Shown one piece after another: positions 10,251 to 19,311 of a DNA stretch of 64,000 nucleotides. The position numbers were made by a program, and so were the translations under genes. Source of the stretch: Candidatus Lustribacter sp. (GTDB taxonomy: Bacteria > Vulcanimicrobiota > Vulcanimicrobiia > Vulcanimicrobiales > Vulcanimicrobiaceae); contig OZ255842.1 in the NCBI GenBank assembly GCA_965277805.1, positions 1,344,001 through 1,408,000 of the forward strand, given 5' to 3'. The notes under the pieces were generated by a model, which saw only the letters and a list, made by a program, of their open reading frames with translations, made no database searches and was not told where the DNA came from. Positions within the stretch are counted from its first letter, which is position 1; each line of letters begins with the position of its first letter.

Positions 10251-11396
10251 TTAGAGCTCAGAAGGCTCGAGAATGTGCGGGGTTATGAGGAAGACCACCT
10301 CATCGCGCTGCCGCGAGGTCGCTTTATTCCGGAAAAACTGCCCGAGGATGGGGATATCGCCCAAGAATGGCAGTTTCGAGATCGTCTCGGAGGAGGTGTC
10401 TTGGAAGAGCCCGCCGAGCACGATCGTTTCCCCGTCGCGCACCCGCAACACCGCGTCGACCTTCCGGTTCGCGATGATCGGAAAGCTCGCGTTGAATCCG
10501 ATGATTTCGGAATATTGCGGATGCACCTCGGCCGTGATGACGCCGTCCGCGCCGATCGTCGGCGTGACGCGCAATTGCACCCCGACATCGACGTTCGTAA
10601 CCGTGGGGAAGCCCGTCTGTTCGTTGACCGTGACGATCGGATATTGTTCGCCGACCAGCAACGTCGCCTCGCGATTGTTGAGCGTCGCGATGCGCGGCGT
10701 AGCGAGGATCTGCGCGTGGCCGTTTTGCACCAGCGCATTGAGCTGGGCATTGATCGCGAGCGAGCCCCGCGTCAGCGCGTAAGGAAATTGCGCGACGGCG
10801 CCGGCGCCAAAACCGGTGCCGCCGAACTGAATTCCCACATTGCTGCTGTCGTCAACCGGTTTGACGTCGGTGACGCGCACCTCGAACATCACTTGGCGGC
10901 CGGGTACATCGATGCTGCTCAAGAGCGACGTCGCTGCCGTCTGCGCGTCCGCGCCGCCGCTCACGACAACGGTGTTCGAGCGGTCGTCGGCAATCAGGCT
11001 CGCATCGGGCAGCACGCCTTTGAGCTCTTTTACGGCGTCGGACGGTTTGGCGTTACGCAATGCAACACTCACCGCGCCGGTGGAGGCGCCGTAGCGGTGG
11101 TTCATTGCGGTCGCGTCGCCGACGAAAACGATGTTGCCGGTTCGATGGGTTTGCAAATCGTACGCTTGGGCAAGGGTCGCGAGCGCCGTATCCGCGTCGA
11201 CGTTGTGGAGACGAAACGTAATCCGGCGCGGCTTGACGGACGCGTCGGCGACGATGTTCAAACCAGATTGCCGCGCGATCAGGCCGATCACATCGCTCAG
11301 TTCGGTGTCGCGCGCGTTGATCGAGATCGGAACGCCGGCCGACGCGCGGGTGAAGATGAGGCCCCAAAGGAGCACGGCGGTGAAGAAGCGCCGCAT
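10251..11396 (-). CDS. pilQ: Secretin (PilQ/GspD family), short form with STN + one N domain
   Basis: QVMFEVRV, ILATPRIATLNNREA, GETIVLGGL, KLPFLGDIPILGQFFR, VFLITPHIL. Confidence 0.88.
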   Translation of the reverse strand: MRRFFTAVLLWGLIFTRASAGVPISINARDTELSDVIGLIARQSGLNIVADASVKPRRITFRLHNVDADTALATLAQAYDLQTHRTGNIVFVGDATAMNHRYGASTGAVSVALRNAKPSDAVKELKGVLPDASLIADDRSNTVVVSGGADAQTAATSLLSSIDVPGRQVMFEVRVTDVKPVDDSSNVGIQFGGTGFGAGAVAQFPYALTRGSLAINAQLNALVQNGHAQILATPRIATLNNREATLLVGEQYPIVTVNEQTGFPTVTNVDVGVQLRVTPTIGADGVITAEVHPQYSEIIGFNASFPIIANRKVDAVLRVRDGETIVLGGLFQDTSSETISKLPFLGDIPILGQFFRNKATSRQRDEVVFLITPHILEPSEL

Positions 11397-11881
11397 TACC
11401 GCTTCGCCGCCGGCTCGAGGGTCAGCCGCTTGCCGTTCGCGAGCACGACCGCATCGTTTGTGATCTCGATAATGCTGGAGCCGTCGAGCCCGTCGCCGGC
11501 GCTGACGAGTTTTGAACCCTCGGCGGAGTCGACGATCGCGGTGGGATGCGTTCCCGTCACGATTGCGGCGACGTGCGAGGGGACCACCGCCGGAGCGAGT
11601 GGTGCAGCAACGCGCGGTAGCGGCAATTGCGGCAAATGCGGAGGCACAGCGGGCAGCGCAGGCGGCGGATCGTCGTCGACCGGCGCGCGCGGCGCGAACG
11701 CGTCGCCTTCTGGAGTGACCGCTGGTGGTGCCGGATCGACGCGCGGTTCGGCGACGCCGGCGACACGAGTGCGCGTGTTGAACTGCGAACGTGCGCCCGA
11801 CGGCGCGAGTACGATCGCGGCGCCATAGCAGAGCAGTGCTGCCGCACCGAACAACAACCGTTTATTGTGGGCGAACGTCAT
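11396..11881 (-). CDS. Pro-rich membrane-anchored protein at the PilP position
   Basis: N-terminal hydrophobic segment, AFAP motif, C-terminal beta domain (AIV..VSAGD.LDG..I.EI); lies between pilO and the secretin. Confidence 0.55.
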   Translation of the reverse strand: MTFAHNKRLLFGAAALLCYGAAIVLAPSGARSQFNTRTRVAGVAEPRVDPAPPAVTPEGDAFAPRAPVDDDPPPALPAVPPHLPQLPLPRVAAPLAPAVVPSHVAAIVTGTHPTAIVDSAEGSKLVSAGDGLDGSSIIEITNDAVVLANGKRLTLEPAAKR

Positions 11882-12446
11882 GGGGTTGCTCCGGTGCTTC
11901 GCGCATCAAGAGGACATGGAAGGCAGCGTTCAATTGCGGCGTTCCGCCGGGACGCCGCTCGGCATTGCTGAGCGACGCGACGCCGATGTGTACGGCGCCG
12001 TCGCGATCGTTGAGATCGCGAACGGCACGGATGACGTCGCCGTACGGGCCGCGGAACGTCAGATCGAAGGGGATCGCTTCGATCGATGCGGGCGCGGAAG
12101 CCGCAGATGCAGACGGCGCTCCGACACCGGCAGCGACCCCTTCGACCACAACGCCGTCGTGCTCGGCCACGGCAGCGACGCTCCGCAGAAAACGATCGAC
12201 TGTCGCCGCGCGCCGATCGCCGGTGTGCAGGCGCGCGAGTTGCGCGGCGAGATCCGACCGATCGGCTTCGAGTGCGGGGATGCGCCGCGTCATCGCGAGG
12301 CTGCGGTCGAGCGTTGCACGCGCGGCATCGATCTGCGCGTAGAGATCGCCGGCGGTGGCTTCGAGTGGCGCGAAGACGAAGGCGTAGCCCGCGACGGCGA
12401 TGACCAAGACGGCAAACGCGCTCGCGCGCGGCACGTCGATGTTCAC
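11862..12446 (-). CDS. pilO: PilO-like type IV pilus alignment protein
   Basis: TM + coiled coil + IPFDLTFRGPY; GTG start overlaps the pilN stop. Confidence 0.65.
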   Translation of the reverse strand: MNIDVPRASAFAVLVIAVAGYAFVFAPLEATAGDLYAQIDAARATLDRSLAMTRRIPALEADRSDLAAQLARLHTGDRRAATVDRFLRSVAAVAEHDGVVVEGVAAGVGAPSASAASAPASIEAIPFDLTFRGPYGDVIRAVRDLNDRDGAVHIGVASLSNAERRPGGTPQLNAAFHVLLMREAPEQPHDVRPQ

Positions 12447-12997
12447 GGGTGCTGATCCCAGCCGATGACGAAGTCCAGCACGTGGCCGCTGCGGCCGGTC
12501 GCTGCGATCGAAACTAAACGCACGGACGCGCGCTGGTCGAGACCCTGCACGCGGCGCAGCATCGTGCCGATCTCGGCGACGCGCGTCGAGCGCCCGCCGA
12601 TCGTCCATGCGCCGGCGGGTGTCGAACCGACGCTCGTCAGCCACGTTGCCGGAGGCAAATCGTTTCCGATGCGGGCGATCGTATTCGTCGCGACGAGCAC
12701 ATCGCGGCGCGCCGCACTGACGGCGGCCCGGATGGTGCGCATTCGCGCGACGCTCGCCATCAGGTTCCGTGCGCGCCGTTCGTCGCTAGCCGACTCACGT
12801 ATGCGAAGCTGCAACGCGGCCAGTTCATCCTGCAGCGCCGTCGCCCGCCGCACTTCGAAACTCCACGTCGCTGCGACGCCGAGCAGGGCGAGTCCGATCA
12901 GCAGAAGCGGCACGCGCACGGAACCGCCGAGTACGACGGCGGGGACGGCAATTCGCCAGCGTTCGTAGGCGGGTTGAAGGTAGTTGAACCGGATCAC
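12443..12997 (-). CDS. pilN: PilN-like protein
   Basis: IRFNYL (INLL-like) motif, TM, coiled coil, LPPATWLTSV; GTGA overlap with pilM. Confidence 0.75.
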   Translation of the reverse strand: MIRFNYLQPAYERWRIAVPAVVLGGSVRVPLLLIGLALLGVAATWSFEVRRATALQDELAALQLRIRESASDERRARNLMASVARMRTIRAAVSAARRDVLVATNTIARIGNDLPPATWLTSVGSTPAGAWTIGGRSTRVAEIGTMLRRVQGLDQRASVRLVSIAATGRSGHVLDFVIGWDQHP

Positions 12998-13935
12998 GAT
13001 GCGATGCTCCACAGGCTCAGGCCGTAGGCGAGCGACCAGTCGGGAGCGGCGGCGCGCAACACGTCGGGCGGGAGGGTCTCGGAGCAGTCCGGCGGCAGCG
13101 TTGCCGGCACGGCCGCGTAGCCGGTTGCGCGCTCGATCGCCGAGCCGAAGCCGGGGATGCGGCTGCCGTTTCCGCACAGCACCACCGGGTGAATGCCGTC
13201 ATAGCCGCGGGCGCGCGCATCCGCGAACGCTTCTGCCAGCGCGGTGATCAGCGTGTCGCGCGGCGCTTCGCCGGCACCGCCGAAGCCGACGTTGCGCTTG
13301 CGGTTTTCGGCCGTGCCTGCATCGACGCCCAGCGATTGCGCGATCGCGTCCGTCATCGCCTCGCCGCCGATTGGTATGCGCACCGTGTAGGGAATCGTCG
13401 CGCCGAAGACCGTCAAGCGTGTCGCCTCGCTGCCGACGTCGATGACGGCGCCGGCGTCGGGATGCGAACGTCGCAGCGCGAACGCCGCGTCGTCGACGGC
13501 AAGCGGCCGAAGCCGCGCTCGTTTGGCGATGCCGAGCGCGTTGTCTAACGCGTCACGCCGCACGGCGCCGATCGCCCAGCACGCCGGCGTGTTCGTCCGG
13601 ACGAGCGATACGGCGGCTTCACCGATCGGGTAGCCGACGAAGCGCGCCGCCTCGAAGCGCGCGGCGTTCACCCGTTCCCACGGTGACATCGCCGGAAATT
13701 CGGCCGTGCAAAGCAGCGCATCGGGCGGCGCGAGGGCGAGCACGCAGCGACGCTCTTGCGTCTGTAAGTCCTCGATCGCCCAACGCATCGCTTCGACCGG
13801 GTCGCCGTCGTGATCGTGAGCCGCGACCGCCAGCAATTTCGGCGGGCCACCGCCGGTTTTCGCCGTGAGCGCGACTCGGACGCGGCGCTGCCCGATGTCG
13901 ACGCCGAGCGGCAGCGTTGCGAGCTTGGACGTCAT
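12994..13935 (-). CDS. pilM: PilM actin-like pilus assembly protein
   Basis: LGVDIG, VIDVG, IPIGG, VVLCGNGS, AYGLSL. Confidence 0.85.
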   Translation of the reverse strand: MTSKLATLPLGVDIGQRRVRVALTAKTGGGPPKLLAVAAHDHDGDPVEAMRWAIEDLQTQERRCVLALAPPDALLCTAEFPAMSPWERVNAARFEAARFVGYPIGEAAVSLVRTNTPACWAIGAVRRDALDNALGIAKRARLRPLAVDDAAFALRRSHPDAGAVIDVGSEATRLTVFGATIPYTVRIPIGGEAMTDAIAQSLGVDAGTAENRKRNVGFGGAGEAPRDTLITALAEAFADARARGYDGIHPVVLCGNGSRIPGFGSAIERATGYAAVPATLPPDCSETLPPDVLRAAAPDWSLAYGLSLWSIAS

Positions 13936-14531
13936 GCGTGGAATCCGAACGGTGCGAGCAGCGTTGCAAACGTGCCGGCCGCGATGAACGGACCGAAACG
14001 GATGCTCGTATGCCGCTGCGCCCGCCGCGTCGCGAGCAACCATGCACTGTACGCGCCGCCGAACACGAAGGCCAGCGCGATCGCCGTGAGACCGCCCGCC
14101 AGACCCAGCGCCATCCCGAGCGTGGCGCCGAGCTTGACGTCACCGAGGCCGATACCGCGCCCGCTGCTGATCGCATGCAATGCGAGCAGTGCTGCGCCGA
14201 CCGCCGCCGCACCGCAGCAGCCGTCGATGACCGAACCGTTCGCGGCCGCGAGCACGAACGATGCGAGCAGCATCGTCGCGGTGAGCGGATCGTAGATCGA
14301 ACCGGTCCGGGCGTCGACGAGTCCGGCGACGGCAACGCCGGCCGTTGCCGCAACCGCGGAAGCGGAGATGCCTGCGAACGAAGCGATGCACGCGGTGATC
14401 GCTGCAGCGGCGGGAAGCAGCGGCGGCAGCGAACCGATGGTCATCCGGCGGCGGGCGGCCGCATCATCGGCGATCATCCAGTACATCACGGTCGCGCCGC
14501 CCGTCGCGGTGGCGGCGAGTGCGGCGTTCAT
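13932..14531 (-). CDS. pilD: Prepilin peptidase (A24), without the N-terminal methylase/Cys domain
   Basis: Catalytic Asp motifs LVDARTG and GIGLGDVKL; RFGPFI. Confidence 0.8.
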   Translation of the reverse strand: MNAALAATATGGATVMYWMIADDAAARRRMTIGSLPPLLPAAAAITACIASFAGISASAVAATAGVAVAGLVDARTGSIYDPLTATMLLASFVLAAANGSVIDGCCGAAAVGAALLALHAISSGRGIGLGDVKLGATLGMALGLAGGLTAIALAFVFGGAYSAWLLATRRAQRHTSIRFGPFIAAGTFATLLAPFGFHA

Positions 14532-15052
14532 CGTAGCGTTCCTAACATGGTGCGCGCGGGCGTGAAATCCGGATCGTCGGCGAGTGCGCGCAGGGCGTAG
14601 CGGCGAGCGGCGCGGCGGTCGGCGCGATGGAGCGCCATGCGGGCGGCAAAGTGTTCGTAGCGAGCGTCATGCGCGAGCGATCCGGCGCGCGCGAAATCGC
14701 GTTCTGCATCGAGCCAGCGGCGCAGCTGGATCTCGGCGAACGCGCGGTCGGCGAAGAGACCGGGCTCCGATGCATCGTTCGCGAGCGCGCGCGTCGCGAC
14801 GGCAACTGCTTGCACCGCACCGCTGCGATCGTGGCGCAGTGCGAGTTCGAACGCGAGCCGGTCGGCGGCCACGACGGATGACGGGTCGAGCCGCGCGGCG
14901 CGGTCGTAGAATCGGATCGCCGCCGGCACGTCGCCGCCGCGTAACGCGTCATCACCGCGCGTCACGATCGCTGCGGCCAACTGTCCATGAAAGAGAACGA
15001 ACGCGGCGGCGAGGCTGGAACCGGCAACACACAACCGACGAATGCGCGTCAT
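14528..15052 (-). CDS. Membrane-anchored TPR-like protein
   Basis: N-terminal hydrophobic segment; AIRFYDRAARLDP and ALADDPDF TPR-type helices; coupled to both neighbours. Confidence 0.65.
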   Translation of the reverse strand: MTRIRRLCVAGSSLAAAFVLFHGQLAAAIVTRGDDALRGGDVPAAIRFYDRAARLDPSSVVAADRLAFELALRHDRSGAVQAVAVATRALANDASEPGLFADRAFAEIQLRRWLDAERDFARAGSLAHDARYEHFAARMALHRADRRAARRYALRALADDPDFTPARTMLGTLR

Positions 15053-15708
15053 ACCAGCAAACCGTAGTACGTGCCGAGCGCGATCATCAGCGCGCCCGAG
15101 ATGACGGCCGGCGCCGGACTTGCGTTCCAGGTTCGGAACGCGCGCGCGCACAGCGAGCCGAACGTTCCGACCGCAAACAACGGGGCAGCGTGTCCGAGCG
15201 CAAACGCCGCGAGCAGTTCGACTCGCGGGGCCGGACTGGCATCGACGCTCATGCCAGCTACGGCCGCCACAATCGGCGTGCAACACGGCGATACGACGAA
15301 CACTGAAGCCGCCCCGATACTGAACACCGCGCTGATCCGGTGCGGCGGCGCGCTTTCGCGCTTCACCGGGTGTTCGTGGTCGCATGACGACCCGCGGCAA
15401 AGGGTTATCACGCCGCCGGCAGCGAGCGCGCAGGCCAGGATGACGTACAACGCGGACGCATGACCGGCAACGTGCGCGAGGAGACCCGCAGCAAATCCAA
15501 GCGCCGTATACGCCGTCACCATCCCGGCCACGAAGGCGGCGATCGTGAGCGCGCGGCGGCGTTCGCCGAGAAGCGCCGCAATCGCCACGTAGCGCGGCGC
15601 GACGCACGGCCCGAGGCTCGTTACGGCTCCGGCGACGGCCACCACCGGCAGACGGCCGGCGTCGCCGCGCGCGATCGCGTCGATACTGAGCGCCACCGGG
15701 TCGATCAT
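15049..15708 (-). CDS. ccdA: CcdA/DsbD-transmembrane family thiol-disulfide transporter
   Basis: About 6 TM segments; SLGPCVAP and VSPCCTP motifs; FALG; ATGA overlap with the pilin stop. Confidence 0.75.
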   Translation of the reverse strand: MIDPVALSIDAIARGDAGRLPVVAVAGAVTSLGPCVAPRYVAIAALLGERRRALTIAAFVAGMVTAYTALGFAAGLLAHVAGHASALYVILACALAAGGVITLCRGSSCDHEHPVKRESAPPHRISAVFSIGAASVFVVSPCCTPIVAAVAGMSVDASPAPRVELLAAFALGHAAPLFAVGTFGSLCARAFRTWNASPAPAVISGALMIALGTYYGLLV

Positions 15709-16208
15709 TGGGTTTGCATGCCCGTGCCGGACGTGTAGGTGATCGTCGTTGACGTGCAGCCCGGGCCGCAAACGGAACCGTCGGTACTGCCGGTCTTTTG
15801 CAGTTTCGCCAAGGTCGAGCCGACGTGTACCCCCGGACAGGTGATGACGTACGAGGGCGGTGCGCCGCCGCTCTGTTCGGTGACTTTGACCGTATAGAAC
15901 TGCGTCAGATCGACGGCAGCCGGATCCTTCGGCGTGTTGTTGAGATAAACGGTGCCGGCGGCGTTGGTAAAGTCGGCCGGATCGGCGTTGAAGTTGGCCT
16001 GCCCGTTGGGCTCGTACGTTTGCAGATCGGCGTAGACGAGTTCCAGGGCCGTGGCGATCGAGCGAAGATTGGACTCACACGCCGACGTCGCGGCCTGGGC
16101 GCGGGCGTTGACGAAGTTCGGTATCAGAATACCGGCGAGGATGGCGATGATCGCGACGACGATCATCAACTCGATGAGCGTAAAGCCGCGTTCGCCGTTG
16201 CGTTCCAT
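15705..16208 (-). CDS. Type IV major pilin (type IVa-like N-terminus), 4 Cys
   Basis: ERG|FTLIELMIVVAIIAILAGILIPNF class III signal with Glu5. Confidence 0.92.
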   Translation of the reverse strand: MERNGERGFTLIELMIVVAIIAILAGILIPNFVNARAQAATSACESNLRSIATALELVYADLQTYEPNGQANFNADPADFTNAAGTVYLNNTPKDPAAVDLTQFYTVKVTEQSGGAPPSYVITCPGVHVGSTLAKLQKTGSTDGSVCGPGCTSTTITYTSGTGMQTQ

Positions 16209-16313
16209 GAACGCGATAGTGCCCGCTTAGGGGCACCATATGCACGCTATTTTTGCTTTTTTTTCCAGCGCTTCGATGCGCACTTCGTTGCGGCTGAGCA
16301 AAGCAGCGGATTG

Positions 16314-17015
16314 TTACGCCACCTTTTGCGAAAGTTTACCAAGAGCGCGGGCCAAGAGTTTGGAGACTTGGCTTTGTGAGAGACCGAGCATCGCCGCAAC
16401 CTCGGCTTGGGAGAGGCCGGCACCGAACGTTCCGAGCACGATCGTGCGCTCGCGTTCGTTCAGCTCGTCGACCGCGATCAGCAGCGTGAGACGTTCTTCG
16501 ATTGAGACGCCGGACGATGAGGCGGCCATCATGTCGAAGCGGTTCCCATAGCGCGGATCGGCGTCATAGGATTGAACGCGTCGCGCGGACTGGAGCTGCT
16601 CGACGACGGTGATGCCGACGCCGAGCGCGGCTGCGAGCTGCTGCGCGGTGGGCTCGGCGTGCAGATGTGCCGCCAGCGTCTCCCACGCCGCGACGTAGTG
16701 ACGGTCGAGCGAACGCAGCCAACGCGGCACGCGGATCGCCCGTTCGCTATCGCGGACGTAGTGCATCAGTTCGCCGACCATGACGATCCAAGCGTACGGT
16801 TCGAACGGCGTCGTCCGTTCCGCGAGATAGGCGTCGGTTGCTTTGACGAGACCGATGGCCGCGACTTGTTCCAAGTCGGCCGGATCGCTCTCGGGCCGGC
16901 GAAACTTACGCGCCCCGCGCTTGCACAAGTACATGTGGGCGGCGACGACGGCATCGCGATTGATTCGCGAACGGTCGGCGAGGTAACGGTCGATGACGGC
17001 TTGGCGTTCGTTCAT
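16314..17015 (-). CDS. Group 3 sigma-70 factor (SigB/SigF/SigG-like)
   Basis: DLEQVAAIGLVKA, GELMHYVRD..IRVPR, region 4 LSQAEVAAMLGLSQSQVSKL; ATGA overlap with pilC. Confidence 0.9.
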   Translation of the reverse strand: MNERQAVIDRYLADRSRINRDAVVAAHMYLCKRGARKFRRPESDPADLEQVAAIGLVKATDAYLAERTTPFEPYAWIVMVGELMHYVRDSERAIRVPRWLRSLDRHYVAAWETLAAHLHAEPTAQQLAAALGVGITVVEQLQSARRVQSYDADPRYGNRFDMMAASSSGVSIEERLTLLIAVDELNERERTIVLGTFGAGLSQAEVAAMLGLSQSQVSKLLARALGKLSQKVA

Positions 17016-18226
17016 TGAGCCACACTCCCGATGAGCTGGTAGAGCGGAATGAAGACGGAATAGACGATCAGGCCCACGATGACGCCGAGCACGGCGATCA
17101 GTGCGGGTTCGATGACGGCGCCGAGCGTTGCGATTGCCGCAGCGACGTCCGATTCGAAGTACTCGGCGGCTTTGGGCAGCAGCACGTCGAGCATGCCCGT
17201 TTCCTCGCCCACGCCGGTAAGCGCAATCAGCATCGGATCGAAGATTCCGGCCGCGGCCAGCGGCGGCGTGAGAGCTTCGCCTTCGCGCAATGCGATCGCA
17301 ACGTGATGGAGCGCGGCGCTGTGGACGGGGCTGCCGGTGACCGGGATCACGACGTCGAGCGCCGCGCTCAACTCGATCCCCGAATGAACCAGCGTTCCGA
17401 GCATGCGCGCGAAGCGTGCCGTAATCGTTTTGCGCAGCAGCGTGCCGACCACCGGAAGGCTCAGACGGAAGCGGTCGAACGCGTAGCGGCCCGCGCTCGT
17501 GCGGCTGATGAGCGCACCGCCGGCGCCTGCGGCGGCGACAAATACGATGGCGGCCGACACGACGGCCGGCATTCCGGCCGCATTGCCGAGCGCCATCAGT
17601 ACACGCGTTGAAAGCGGAAGCGGGACGTGAAATGATGCGAAGAGCGCGGAGAACATCGGAACGACGCGCACGATCAGAAACGTGACCAGGGCGAGCGACG
17701 CGCAGAGCACGGTCGCGGGATAGGCTAGCGCCGCGATCACGCTCTTACGCAGCGCTTGGTCGCGTTCGAGGAACAGCGCGATACGCTCGAGCACGTCGTC
17801 GAGGATGCCGCCGCTCTCCCCGGCGGCAACCATTGCCACAATCAGCGGGGAAAAGGCGCGCGGGCTGCGCGCAAACGCGGCGCTGAGCGGTTCGCCGCGT
17901 TCGATGTCACCGAGCACGTCGCGTAAGGCGGCGGCGAAAGTCGCGCTCTCGCTGCGTTCGATCGTCACGGTTAGGCCGCGCCGCAGCGGGACGCCGGCGC
18001 GAACCAATGTCGCAAACGACCGGAAAAATGCGACGCGTGCGCGCCCCAACCCGGCGCCGGGACGCGGCAGGTGGAGATCGCTATGCCACAGGCGCTGCGC
18101 TTCCAAGCTCGTGACGAAGAGCGCGCGACTGCGCAAGCCGGCGACGGCGCTCTCACGGTCGGCGGCACTGAGCGATCCGTTGATGCGGGCACCGCCGGCG
18201 GTGCGCGCCGAGTAGTGGAAGTCCAT
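17012..18226 (-). CDS. pilC: PilC/GspF inner-membrane platform protein
   Basis: AGESGGILDDVLER, ALAYP, VGEETGMLD, IEP..IFIPLY. Confidence 0.92.
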   Translation of the reverse strand: MDFHYSARTAGGARINGSLSAADRESAVAGLRSRALFVTSLEAQRLWHSDLHLPRPGAGLGRARVAFFRSFATLVRAGVPLRRGLTVTIERSESATFAAALRDVLGDIERGEPLSAAFARSPRAFSPLIVAMVAAGESGGILDDVLERIALFLERDQALRKSVIAALAYPATVLCASLALVTFLIVRVVPMFSALFASFHVPLPLSTRVLMALGNAAGMPAVVSAAIVFVAAAGAGGALISRTSAGRYAFDRFRLSLPVVGTLLRKTITARFARMLGTLVHSGIELSAALDVVIPVTGSPVHSAALHHVAIALREGEALTPPLAAAGIFDPMLIALTGVGEETGMLDVLLPKAAEYFESDVAAAIATLGAVIEPALIAVLGVIVGLIVYSVFIPLYQLIGSVAQ

Positions 18227-19311
18227 TACCCGGCCACGCGCTCGAGGTCGCGAACTTCGGCCGGCCGGCTCGCTACGAGCCGGGCCGCATCGAGCGCGAT
18301 GGTGCCGCGCACGACCAGTTCCGAGAGCGACGTTTCGAGGGTGCGCATGCCCGCCGCGCGGCCGGTCGCGATTGCGTTGCGCAACTGGTGCGTTTTGCCT
18401 TCGCGAATCATAGCGCGCACCGCGTCGGTGCCGATGAGGATCTCGCTGCTTGCGATGCGTCCTTCGCCGTTGCGCAAGGGCACGAGCCGCAGGGAAACCA
18501 CGGCCAGTAGCGTCGACGCGAGCTGCGTGCGGATCTGACCCTGTTGCGCGCCGGCACACGCGTCGATGATGCGATCGACGGTTTGGGCCGCATCGCTCGT
18601 GTGGAGCGTCGTGAGAACGAGATGCCCGGTTTCCGCCGCCGAGAGTGCGGCTTCCATCGTCGCGCGATCGCGCATCTCACCGATCAGGATGACGTCCGGA
18701 TCCGCCCGCATGAAACCGCGGATCGCGGCGGCGTAGTCCGGGACGTCACGACCGATCTCACAGTGCGCGATTACCGAGCGCTCCGGACGGTGAACGTACT
18801 CAACCGGGTCTTCAACCGTGAGGATGACGCGTTCGGTCGTGCGATTGATGCGGTCGATCAGAGCAGCGAGCGCCGTCGTCTTGCCGCTCCCGGTGGGTCC
18901 CGTGAAAACGATCAGGCCGCTCGTCCGCTTCGCCAGGCTCGTTACCACGGGCGGGAGCGCCAAATCCTCGAGAGCGGGGATCTCGCCGGCCAGAAAACGG
19001 AAGGCTAGCTTGGTGCCCGACATCGTCGAGTACGCGTGCAGACGGTACGGTGCGCCGATCCCCTGGCGGCAAGCGACATCGGCCGCGCCGTGCTCTTTCC
19101 AGCGCCGGCCGTGGCCGGGCAGTAGCGCGGCTTCCAAGAACGCATCGAGTGCGGCCGTCTCGAGCGGCGGCACGTCGAGCGCGGTAATGCGTCCGTTGAT
19201 GCGCAGCGCCGGCGCATCGCCCGTGCCGGCGTGCAGATCCGTCGCGCCGCGTCCGCGAGCGAGCGCGATGAGTTCCTTGAGCCGCACGAGGTCGAGGCTC
19301 AACGCACCCAC
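18226..19311 (-). CDS. pilT: PilT retraction ATPase (alternative TTG start at 19302)
   Basis: GPTGSGKTT, TVEDPVE, DPDVILIGEMRD, AETGHLVLTTLH, AVRAMIRE (AIRNLIRE-like). Confidence 0.92.
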   Translation of the reverse strand: MGALSLDLVRLKELIALARGRGATDLHAGTGDAPALRINGRITALDVPPLETAALDAFLEAALLPGHGRRWKEHGAADVACRQGIGAPYRLHAYSTMSGTKLAFRFLAGEIPALEDLALPPVVTSLAKRTSGLIVFTGPTGSGKTTALAALIDRINRTTERVILTVEDPVEYVHRPERSVIAHCEIGRDVPDYAAAIRGFMRADPDVILIGEMRDRATMEAALSAAETGHLVLTTLHTSDAAQTVDRIIDACAGAQQGQIRTQLASTLLAVVSLRLVPLRNGEGRIASSEILIGTDAVRAMIREGKTHQLRNAIATGRAAGMRTLETSLSELVVRGTIALDAARLVASRPAEVRDLERVAG

